This document shows, piece by piece, positions 41,190 to 49,403 of a stretch of 64,000 nt of DNA (position 1 is its first letter; every line of letters starts with the position of its first letter). The stretch comes from Nitrospirota bacterium (GTDB taxonomy: Bacteria > Nitrospirota > Nitrospiria > Nitrospirales > Nitrospiraceae), in NCBI GenBank assembly GCA_963701855.1, contig CAVPBK010000006.1, forward strand, positions 928,001 to 992,000, in the 5' to 3' direction. The position numbers and the translations under genes were made by a program. The notes beneath the pieces were generated by a model. The model made no database searches. It saw nothing but the letters and a program-made list of their open reading frames with translations, and was not told the DNA's origin.

Positions 41190-42476
41190 ATGGTCGAACG
41201 GAAACTCAGAATTAGGCGATTAGTATGGATGGTCGGAATTGGGATCAGTACCGTCTCGCTCGCGTCAATGGCGCTGGCTGAGCCGGATCAGGCATGGCGA
41301 TTCGGCCCGAAACTGACGACTGATCACAAGGTTCGGGCCATGGTAGGTCCTTCTGTCAGAATCGACGACGAAGGTCGTATCGCACTTGCCTGGGTTGAAG
41401 AGGACAAGGACACTCGCACGGTGTTCTATGCCGGAACTAAGAGGCCGGAAGGACCGATTGGCGCTCAGGTGAAAGTGAATCAGACGAATGAGGCGCCCTA
41501 TATGCGACAGGAAGCACCAGCGCTAGCGGTGGTTGGAGACGACGTGTTTCTAACATGGGCATTAACCCATCCCAAACTGACCACGGACAAGCCGTTTTCG
41601 AACGAATTGAGGCTAAGCCGGTCCATCGACGGCGGCAAAACATTTCTGCCCTCCATCCTGGTGAATGATGACGAGCAGGTCATCGGCCACAGTTTTGACT
41701 CGATCCACGTCGCTCCTGACGGCGAGGTGCACATGTCCTGGATTGACGGGCGGGAAGGCCGGAGGGAACCCGACATATTCGTGACCCGTTCGAAGGATCA
41801 CGGTCGCACCGTCGCGAAGAACCTCAAAGTGGACGAGAATGCCTGTGTCTGTTGCCGGACCGCTCTCACTACTGGGCTTGACGGGACGCTCTTTCTGGCC
41901 TGGCGCAAGGTGCTCCCTGGCGATCTACGCGAAACGGTGGTCGCGCGTTCCACAGACGGGGGGGGCACGTTTTCTTCGCCGGTAATCGTGGGGCACGATA
42001 AGTGGGTGTTCCCCGGCTGTCCGCATCGACCTGCCTCAATCGGAACGGATCGCCTGGGGCGTCTCTATGTCGTTTGGTATACGGAAGGCGAAGATGACAC
42101 GCCGGCGATCTATGTCGCCTACTCAGATGATCGTGCAAGCTCGTTCTCCTCCAAACACAAATTGAATCTGTCCAAGGGAACCTTTCCCGACCACCCACAA
42201 ATGGCCGTTGATCCTGAGGGCCGGCTTGTCATCGCCTGGGAAGAACAATCGCCGGTTCGCCGCGAAGTCGTCGTGAGTGTCTCACTCGATCGTGGACAGA
42301 CATTTAGTCCGCCGCAGAAATTGAATGACAAGAAAGGCCAGACCCCGGCCGTCTCGATAAATTCGAAGGGGCTCGCTGCCTTGGCTTGGATGGAACACGC
42401 GATGCCGGCTCATCGCATGGTGGTCCAGACCATTCAACTCCCCCCCATAAACGTCCTCGCGAGGCAAGAGCCATAA
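41190..42476 (+). CDS. Periplasmic BNR/Asp-box (sialidase-like) beta-propeller protein
   Basis: Repeated SxDxGxTF boxes, ACVCCRT and GCPH motifs, signal peptide. GTG 41178 is an alternative start. Confidence 0.85.
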   Translation: MVERKLRIRRLVWMVGIGISTVSLASMALAEPDQAWRFGPKLTTDHKVRAMVGPSVRIDDEGRIALAWVEEDKDTRTVFYAGTKRPEGPIGAQVKVNQTNEAPYMRQEAPALAVVGDDVFLTWALTHPKLTTDKPFSNELRLSRSIDGGKTFLPSILVNDDEQVIGHSFDSIHVAPDGEVHMSWIDGREGRREPDIFVTRSKDHGRTVAKNLKVDENACVCCRTALTTGLDGTLFLAWRKVLPGDLRETVVARSTDGGGTFSSPVIVGHDKWVFPGCPHRPASIGTDRLGRLYVVWYTEGEDDTPAIYVAYSDDRASSFSSKHKLNLSKGTFPDHPQMAVDPEGRLVIAWEEQSPVRREVVVSVSLDRGQTFSPPQKLNDKKGQTPAVSINSKGLAALAWMEHAMPAHRMVVQTIQLPPINVLARQEP

Positions 42477-42477
42477 C

Positions 42478-43026
42478 GTGGATGTGTTGGTGAAACGAGT
42501 TGTGATTGCAGCAATGCTCTCTCTCATGAGCATCGGGTCGCCTGGTCCCACACTTGCCGGCGATCCCTTTGTCGCGCTCAAAATGAGCCGGCTGCCGGCC
42601 GGCAGCATGGCGGCGCCCTTTGAACTTACGACGCTGGACGGCACTATCGTGAAGTCGAACGAGTTCGCTGGGAAGGTCGTGCTGGTGAATTTTTGGGCCA
42701 CATGGTGCGGGCCCTGCAAAGAGGAAATGCCGTCACTGGCGCATTTACAGAAGCAGTTAGACCCAACACAATTTGCCCTCCTGACCGTCACGACGGACCT
42801 GCAGCGCCATGGTATCACACACTTTCTGGCTCAGTTGGGAGTCAGTCTGCCGGTGCTCTTCGATGAAAATCAGGAAGTATCTCGGTCCTTTATGGTGCGC
42901 GGCCTCCCGACTACGATCGTGATTGCACGGGATGGCACGTTGGTCGGGCGAGCGGTCGGGCCTCGCGCCTGGGATAGTCCAGAGGCAGAGGCGGCGATGC
43001 GGCAGGTGATGGAGCACGGGAGATGA
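42478..43026 (+). CDS. TlpA/ResA-family thiol-disulfide reductase
   Basis: VNFWATWCGPCKEEMP, GLPTT, GPRAWD. Confidence 0.92.
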   Translation: MDVLVKRVVIAAMLSLMSIGSPGPTLAGDPFVALKMSRLPAGSMAAPFELTTLDGTIVKSNEFAGKVVLVNFWATWCGPCKEEMPSLAHLQKQLDPTQFALLTVTTDLQRHGITHFLAQLGVSLPVLFDENQEVSRSFMVRGLPTTIVIARDGTLVGRAVGPRAWDSPEAEAAMRQVMEHGR

Positions 43027-43331
43027 GAAAGTGTTTCGTCCCACTGGCTCTGGGCATCGCGATGCTGTACCTGACGCTATCGGTCACTGCCATGGCCTGC
43101 CTCTTGGCACACAAGAGCCAGCCACGCTCAGCCCATCATCACACGGGCGGAATGACGCATTCTTCTCTGTGCGCCTGGGCCTGCCATGCCAACCCAACCG
43201 TTGACCTTCCGGTAACCACCCTGCAGACGCAGCCCGTTCCACTCGTGTCAATGCTGCTGTTGGTTGACTCTTCCGTCTCGTCGTTCCTCTCCCAGCAATC
43301 GACCCGATCCCGCGCGCCTCCCCAATCGTAG
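43023..43331 (+). CDS. Putative metal-sensing arrest leader peptide 3
   Basis: Hydrophobic N-terminus, AHHH, HSSLCAWAC, 42-aa spacer, RAPPQS-stop. ATGA overlap with the upstream tlpA. Confidence 0.8.
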   Translation: MRKCFVPLALGIAMLYLTLSVTAMACLLAHKSQPRSAHHHTGGMTHSSLCAWACHANPTVDLPVTTLQTQPVPLVSMLLLVDSSVSSFLSQQSTRSRAPPQS

Positions 43332-43451
43332 CTTCGCATCCACTTCAACGCAACATTCATCAACCGTCTCTCTGTGTGGGCAGCGCTATGAACTTTGTAG
43401 CCTGTCACCGGCTTGAAGGCGGTGTGTCGTGTCTATTTTCCAAGAAGGAGC

Positions 43452-45812
43452 ATGGCTATGGTGTCGTTCAAGATATTTACGCAAATCATTGTGGCAATCA
43501 CAGCACTCGAAGGCATTGCCGCTATGGATTTCGTCGCGCTGGCACAAGACTCCGCCCCGGCAGAAGCCGGGCAACAAAGTCCACGGGAACAACAACTGCG
43601 TGAACAGCTAAAAGGAATCTTGCAAGAGCTGGAGGATCTCCAGAAGAGTCATGAAAGTACGTTGCCTCCGGCCGAACGGCCCAAGACAGTGACCGAGAAA
43701 GTTGCGCCAGATCAATCGGAAGGTGCGGGAGCAATTCCAGAATATGAGTTGTCCAATCTCAGCATCGTCAGCAAACGCGTTTCCAAGCGACCGGAGGGTG
43801 TTGCGTTGTCCGCAACCATTCCAGCCGAAACGGATTCTCAGCCGACGAGAACGATGAAGGAGTCGATGGAATCGCTCCCCGGCGTGGTTTTGCGCCAAGC
43901 GAATGGACCGCGCGACTTCAGCATCATGATTCGTGGCCAAGGCGCCAAGACGACCTTCGCCATTCGGGACATTAAAATATATGAAGATGGATTTATCCAG
44001 ACGCAATCAGATGGCCTCTCACGACTTGACATTCAGGATCCCTGGTTCATGCGCAGCGTCGAGGTGACTCGCGGCGCGTCGTCCTCCTTGTACGACAACT
44101 ATGCGCTCGGCGGAATGGTGCAGTTCAGGACTAGACGAGGGAGCGACATCAATGGAGTGGAAACCTTCTTGTCCGGCGGGTCCTTCGGGTACCAAAAGTA
44201 CGGTCTCGCCGTCGGGCAAGAAACGGACAAAGTTGACATCGCGATGTTTGCGAGCCAGGTCATGGAAGACGGCTTTATCCAGAACAGTAATTACAATACC
44301 CAGACGCTCAACTTCAATTTTCGCTTCAAGGTGGATGACAAGCAGAATTTCTACTTCAAGGCGATCTCCAACTGGCTGAATACGAAAGTGCCGACCAGAC
44401 TTACCCAATCGCAGTTTATCACCAACGAACGGCAGGCAGGCGGAGCGCAAACGACATGTACGCCCGGCACCTACAACCCCGGTTGTGCCAACGCGCTCTT
44501 GCTCAATCAAAGCCGCGTCGATCATCGCACCATCTTGGGGGGTATGTACGAGCGGCAGCTCAATGCGAATACCGTTCTGACGATTGAGGCCGACTATGAC
44601 GTCAAAGATATCCAGCAAACATTTTCGCAGATCTCGGAGAATACAAATCCCAACTATAAGACCTATAGCGATTTGCGACACGATGGCCAACTTGGAGAGA
44701 TGCCGCTCAAGAGCTATGTCGGCTTCTTTGTGAATGAGATGGACCAGAAAGCCAACCAGTTTCAAAATCTTGCAGACGGTTTTGGAACGAAAGGAACCTT
44801 GCTTCAGAACTCCCGTGGATCGATTTTCAACATTGGCGCCCGCTTCCGCGAAGAACTGGAGTTCGTGCCGACTTGGACCCTGGCGGCGGGGCTTGGGTTC
44901 GAACAGTCCCGCGTCAGCACGCAGGCGACTAACTATAATAATGCTGGCGCGGTGGCCTCTCGTGCCAATGCGAGTCTTGATTACTCAAACTGGGCCCCGG
45001 AAATGTCGCTCACCTGGAAACCAGCGGAAGCCTATCGACATTGGACTCGGGCCTCGACGGGGTACGGTATCCCACAAATGAGCCAGCTCTTGCGCGATCC
45101 TATCACCGGGCTTCCCGGAACCAACTTTAATCTGAAACCGCAGAAGAACCTCAACATAGAAATCGGCACGGAGTCCAAGCTCCACAAGACCCTCACCGTC
45201 CAACTTGTCGGGTTCTTGACCTTCTTCAAAGACGAGATTATCACGCAGACGGTATCAGGGAATAACACGGCTTCCATCAATGCAGACTCCTCCAAGTACA
45301 TGGGCATTGAAGCCTCCTATGATTGGCGACCGATGACAGGCCTGCGACTCTCCGGTGCCTATACACACATTGATGCCAGATACGTTAATTTCAGCGACAA
45401 AAGTTCGGTGGGTGGAGTGCCAACGGTGTTTGTGCGTGACGGGAGGCAAGTCCCCAACGTTCCGACCGATGTGGTAAATTCCAAAGTTGCTTATGACCAT
45501 GCGCCCACCGGGTGGGGCGGCTGGCTCGAAGGCAGTTATTATAATAGCTATTTCCTAAACAACAGCAACACGTTCAGCATTCCATCCTATGTGGTCGCGA
45601 ATGTGAATGTGCACAAGAGTTTCGAGCTGGAAAACTCCTGGTTCCGATTCGCTAAGTTGTATCTGGAGGTGGACAACATCGCGGATAAGAAATACGCCGC
45701 ATCCGGCGCAGTGATCGGAGGTGAAACTGCCGCCACTGCTTCGGGCAATCAGGCTTTTTTCGCTGGCTATGGCCGGGCCATCTATGGCGGGGTGACGCTG
45801 GGGCTGTTCTAG
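43452..45812 (+). CDS. TonB-dependent receptor
   Basis: Plug motifs (LPGV, IRG, VEVTRGASSSLY...GG), barrel strands, DNIADKKY, terminal F. AAGGAG RBS before ATG 43452. Confidence 0.95.
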   Translation: MAMVSFKIFTQIIVAITALEGIAAMDFVALAQDSAPAEAGQQSPREQQLREQLKGILQELEDLQKSHESTLPPAERPKTVTEKVAPDQSEGAGAIPEYELSNLSIVSKRVSKRPEGVALSATIPAETDSQPTRTMKESMESLPGVVLRQANGPRDFSIMIRGQGAKTTFAIRDIKIYEDGFIQTQSDGLSRLDIQDPWFMRSVEVTRGASSSLYDNYALGGMVQFRTRRGSDINGVETFLSGGSFGYQKYGLAVGQETDKVDIAMFASQVMEDGFIQNSNYNTQTLNFNFRFKVDDKQNFYFKAISNWLNTKVPTRLTQSQFITNERQAGGAQTTCTPGTYNPGCANALLLNQSRVDHRTILGGMYERQLNANTVLTIEADYDVKDIQQTFSQISENTNPNYKTYSDLRHDGQLGEMPLKSYVGFFVNEMDQKANQFQNLADGFGTKGTLLQNSRGSIFNIGARFREELEFVPTWTLAAGLGFEQSRVSTQATNYNNAGAVASRANASLDYSNWAPEMSLTWKPAEAYRHWTRASTGYGIPQMSQLLRDPITGLPGTNFNLKPQKNLNIEIGTESKLHKTLTVQLVGFLTFFKDEIITQTVSGNNTASINADSSKYMGIEASYDWRPMTGLRLSGAYTHIDARYVNFSDKSSVGGVPTVFVRDGRQVPNVPTDVVNSKVAYDHAPTGWGGWLEGSYYNSYFLNNSNTFSIPSYVVANVNVHKSFELENSWFRFAKLYLEVDNIADKKYAASGAVIGGETAATASGNQAFFAGYGRAIYGGVTLGLF

Positions 45813-45846
45813 CTTCTCGGGATATGTGGATCAGTCCTAGTCTGAG

Positions 45847-45873
45847 ATGAGGGCGTCCTTGAGACGCCCTCAT
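45847..45873 (+). terminator. Stem-loop after the receptor gene
   Basis: ATGAGGGCGTC-CTTGA-GACGCCCTCAT, a perfect 11-bp stem with only a weak U-tract. Confidence 0.45.
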
Positions 45874-45932
45874 TCAACGGGTGCCCTCGAACAACACAAT
45901 AAGTCCAACGACAACACAAAGCGAGGTACATC

Positions 45933-46112
45933 ATGGACAAACAACTGCTCAAAATCAATGAAGCGGCGGTGGCCTTAAATGTAAGCCGCTGGACAGTCTA
46001 TCGGTGGGTCGAAGAAGGGAGGTTGAGCGCCACAAAAATCGGCAAGCAGAGCTTGCGCGTGATCGGGAACTCGGTCGACAAGCTGATCTCCGAAAATAGG
46101 ACTGATCACTGA
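45933..46112 (+). CDS. Excisionase-like (HTH_17) DNA-binding protein, 59 aa
   Basis: Below the ORF-track cutoff. MDKQLLKINEAAVALNVSRWTVYRWVEEGRLSATKIG..., GAGG RBS. Confidence 0.8.
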   Translation: MDKQLLKINEAAVALNVSRWTVYRWVEEGRLSATKIGKQSLRVIGNSVDKLISENRTDH

Positions 46113-46180
46113 GCGTCCGCTACGTGTGTGCGGGGGATAATATCTGATGCAGGTGCTGGAGGAAGGATTACGGTGTATTG

Positions 46181-46607
46181 ATGGATGGACTCAAGGAACT
46201 CGTCGAGTACGGCGTCATCGGGCTTTTGCTAGGGCTGAGTTTCTGGGCCATCGGGGTGGCGAGTGGAGCGTTGGCTGTTCTATCGGCAGGTGGATATCAG
46301 GCAGTTTCCCACGCTGGATCTGTGCGAGATGACGTTGACCAAGCGGCTAGTGGTGATCGGTACCGTGGCGGCCAATGCGCCCTATATCGGACTGCTCGGA
46401 ACAGTGCTCGGCATTATGCTCACGTTCCATGCGATGGGCACATCCGGCGCATTGGCGGTGGCATCGATCATGATCGGCTTGAGCCTTGCGCTCAAGGCCA
46501 CCGCGGCGGGGCTACTGGTCGCCATTCCTTGCGTGGTCATGAACAACGTGCTCCGGCGTCGGGTGAGCGAACTGCTCGCGCAGTACAAGGCACAGCATGG
46601 ATCGTGA
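46181..46607 (+). pseudogene. exbB: ExbB, frameshifted
   Basis: MDGLKELVEYGVIGLLLGLSFWAIGVA joins VERWLFYR...APYIGLLGTVLGIM...ALKATAAGL if one extra base near 46262 is removed. Confidence 0.8.
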
Positions 46608-46816
46608 GCTGAATCAAATCAATGTTATCCCGCTGGTCTATGTCATTGTTGGTGCTCCTGGTCATCGTGTTGACCACCGCCACCTTCATTACGGCGGGCC
46701 ATGGCCATGCCGTGGTGACAATTGACGTAGGGAAGGTCAAAGCTGATCAACTGGTCGGAGCGGTGAATGGGGTCAAAGGTGACGTCTGGCATTGTACCGG
46801 ACGTGCGATGAAGTAG
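46597..46816 (+). pseudogene. exbD: ExbD 5' fragment, frameshifted and fused to an unrelated C-terminal fragment
   Basis: MDRELNQINVIPLVYV / LVLLVIVLTTATFI, with the conserved Asp read as Tyr and a +1 shift. It then switches to HAVVTIDVGKVKADQLVGAVNG..., possibly an HMA-like tail. Confidence 0.7.
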
Positions 46817-46969
46817 GTGCGGTGCGAAGGGGATCAACGCAAAAGGCGGTCGACGATGAGCAAATGGACTGTGGTGTTGTGAAGGTGCAGGGAAATGGGT
46901 GAAAATCCGACAGCGACTGCACCGCCTGAGCCAAAAGATGGCGAATGCACATGGCAGAATAGGTGAATC

Positions 46970-47218
46970 GTGGAGCCGGTGTTACTCCGCATCCAGGAAA
47001 CGGCGAAGTTGTTAAAGGTCAGCAACTGGACGATCTACCGATGAATCGAGGAAGGCCGTTTGCGAGCTACCAAGATTGGCCAGGGCAGTTTGCGGGTGTT
47101 TCGATCATCGGTGGACGGGCTTATCGCGGGGGCTCAGATCGATCACCGAAAGGCTCAGCGTGGTTCGCCCAGCACCGTGACTCCCGTGCGGGTCACGGGC
47201 CCTGAAAAGAAAAAGTAA
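46970..47218 (+). pseudogene. Second excisionase-like HTH copy with an in-frame stop
   Basis: VEPVLLRIQETAKLLKVSNWTIYR*IEEGRLRATKIG. TGA at 47042 sits where the paralog has Trp. Confidence 0.75.
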
Positions 47219-47415
47219 AAAGCCGTAGAAAACGGGTCCGGTAGTTGCCCCCTCTCTTCCGGACCTGCCTGGGGACTCGGAGCCAACCTCCCTCCAAGTC
47301 CCCGGCCCTTCGGGAGAGGAATTGAAAGTCGTCATGAAAAATGAGAGTTGTAAATATTTGCCGCTGATGTATGATCCTGTCAGATGACACGTTCACCATC
47401 ACACAAGGAGGAGTT

Positions 47416-47715
47416 ATGAGCCGAGTGAAAGCCGTCGTTATGGCAGTCGCTGTCTGTGGTCTTATCGCAGGAGGCATGACGAGTCCAGTATTCGCGGGTG
47501 AAAATGGGCATGTCAAGGAAGTAATCAAGCATGCCAAGGAAGGCATTGCGCACGAGAAAGAAGCCATCACGCATCTGGAAGAAGCCATAAAGGGAAGCGA
47601 GAATGCCCACGCGAAGGAAGCGCTCGAACATGCGAAGGAATCGCTGAAGCATGCGGAGGAATCGCTGGCTCATGCCGAGCAAGCCTCGCAGAAACCGAAA
47701 GGCAAAAAGAAGTAG
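47416..47715 (+). CDS. SmbP-like periplasmic small metal-binding protein
   Basis: Signal peptide, then eight His in two runs with 7-residue spacing on predicted helices. GGAGG RBS. Confidence 0.8.
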   Translation: MSRVKAVVMAVAVCGLIAGGMTSPVFAGENGHVKEVIKHAKEGIAHEKEAITHLEEAIKGSENAHAKEALEHAKESLKHAEESLAHAEQASQKPKGKKK

Positions 47716-47928
47716 CTTACGGAATCTCGCCAGCTTGCATCGACTCAGTTCCAGGTAGTTTCTTTCTTAGACTCACCGCGCGGCGTGTCTTATCAAGCGC
47801 CGCGCAATGAGTGCCTTACCCCTCGTTGCTCATGAACATTTCTGCTGTAATTGCTGATATCTGGCTGAAGCGAGACGGGCGGGAAAAGCGCGACTTGAAG
47901 CACGAATACTTCGGCCTTCAGACTGCCT

Positions 47929-48666
47929 TCACCGATTCCGCTGCAACAATGGCTCAAGCGTTGGAAAGACCTTCTCGACGATGATGCGATAGCCTTCTCC
48001 CGTCGGATGAATGCCGTCGGCCTGGTTGAGCGAGGATGAGCCTGCCACCCCATCGAGAAAAAATGAAATCAGTGTCAGGCGGTATTGCTTGGCTAAAGCC
48101 TGGTAGAGCGATTCAAACCCTGTCGTATAGTCCTGTCCATAATTCGGAGGGAGTTTCATTCCCGCTAACACAACGATGACTGAGGCCTGTTGGAGTTGTT
48201 GAATAATCCGTTCGAGGTTGGCTTTCGTCTCCTGCAGACTCAGGCCTCGGAGCCCATCGTTCCCGCCGAGTTCAAGAATGACGATTGCCGGCTTGTTCTT
48301 CAGAGCCCAGGAGACCCTTCTGGCTCCGCCAGCCGTCGTCTCACCGCTGACTCCCGCATTCACGACTCGATAGGCATAGCCTGCTGCGTCCAACTTCCGT
48401 TGTAGATGCGCGGGATATGATTGATCCGGCGCCACGCCTAAGCCTGCAGTCAGGCTGTTGCCGAAGGCAACGATGCTGGGCCGTTCGGCAGAAATAGGCC
48501 TTGGTCCCACACCCTCGCCCGCGGGGCTCGACGACGGGGATTGGGTAGCGGGCGCACTGCTGCGGTCATATCCACAGAGGAAGATCAACGAGAGACAGAA
48601 GCAGGAAAATAGTTTTGTGAGAATCCATGGGCAGCGCATCGTCATCCAGTATAATATACCCTTCAC
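47929..48666 (-). CDS. Arylesterase / acyl-CoA thioesterase I (SGNH, TesA-like)
   Basis: FGNSLTAG, NAGVSGETT, LGGNDGLRG, DGIHP. Confidence 0.92.
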   Translation of the reverse strand: MKGILYWMTMRCPWILTKLFSCFCLSLIFLCGYDRSSAPATQSPSSSPAGEGVGPRPISAERPSIVAFGNSLTAGLGVAPDQSYPAHLQRKLDAAGYAYRVVNAGVSGETTAGGARRVSWALKNKPAIVILELGGNDGLRGLSLQETKANLERIIQQLQQASVIVVLAGMKLPPNYGQDYTTGFESLYQALAKQYRLTLISFFLDGVAGSSSLNQADGIHPTGEGYRIIVEKVFPTLEPLLQRNR

Positions 48667-48698
48667 CTAGACAATAAGGCGGAAACCAGAAAGACAAT

Positions 48699-49403
48699 AT
48701 GATCGCCCTCTCTCACCTCACGATGCGCTTGGCCGGCGGCGGTCATCAGATCACGATCCTCGACGATGTCACGCTCGAGATTCCCGATAAACAGCGCGTG
48801 GCCATCGTCGGCCCCTCCGGAAGCGGTAAGTCCACCTTGCTGGGCCTCATTGCGGGATTGGATCGGCCCACGTCCGGCTCCATCATCTTGAATGGCGTAG
48901 AGATCTCGGCCATGCGCGAGAGCGCCTTGGCGCGTTATCGTCGCGATCACATCGGCTATATCTTTCAATCCTTCCATCTCATTCCCACCCTCACAGCCCT
49001 GGAAAACGTCCTGGTGCCGCTGGAGTTGGCGAGGGTGAGCACGGCGCAGGATCGTGCAACGGAGCTGTTGCACACCGTCGGCCTGGGAGAACGGTTGCAT
49101 CATTATCCGGTCCAACTGTCGGGAGGCGAACAGCAGCGGGTGGCGGTGGCCAGAGCCTTCGCCTGTCACCCACCGATTCTGTTGGCCGACGAGCCGACCG
49201 GCAACCTGGATTCGATCACAGGCCAGCATGTGATGCAGCTGCTCCATGCGCTCCATCGCGATTTTGGCACAACCTTAGTCCTCGTCACACATGATCGAAC
49301 CATGGCATCTTCAATGGAGCGCGTAATTGCGTTGCGTGACGGCCGCATCGAATCCGACACCCTCACCGACCCAGACCATCGGACCGCAGAGTCATCCCAG
49401 TGA
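48699..49403 (+). CDS. ABC transporter ATP-binding protein (YbbA-like)
   Basis: GPSGSGKST, LSGGEQQRV, LLADEPTGNLD. Divergent from the TesA-like gene. Confidence 0.93.
   Translation: MIALSHLTMRLAGGGHQITILDDVTLEIPDKQRVAIVGPSGSGKSTLLGLIAGLDRPTSGSIILNGVEISAMRESALARYRRDHIGYIFQSFHLIPTLTALENVLVPLELARVSTAQDRATELLHTVGLGERLHHYPVQLSGGEQQRVAVARAFACHPPILLADEPTGNLDSITGQHVMQLLHALHRDFGTTLVLVTHDRTMASSMERVIALRDGRIESDTLTDPDHRTAESSQ

Noticed and set aside
43311..43455. SD-sequestering helix for leader 3
   Set aside because: Only a 4-bp CTCC/GGAG match is visible, too weak to claim without folding calculations.
45933..46112. Prophage or integrative element suggested by excisionase-like genes
   Set aside because: No integrase, att-like repeats, tRNA or phage genes seen in the window.
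47042..47044. TGA recoding (Sec or Trp) in the second HTH
   Set aside because: TGA is a normal stop throughout the window, the aligned residue is Trp not Cys, and neighbouring genes are also decayed.
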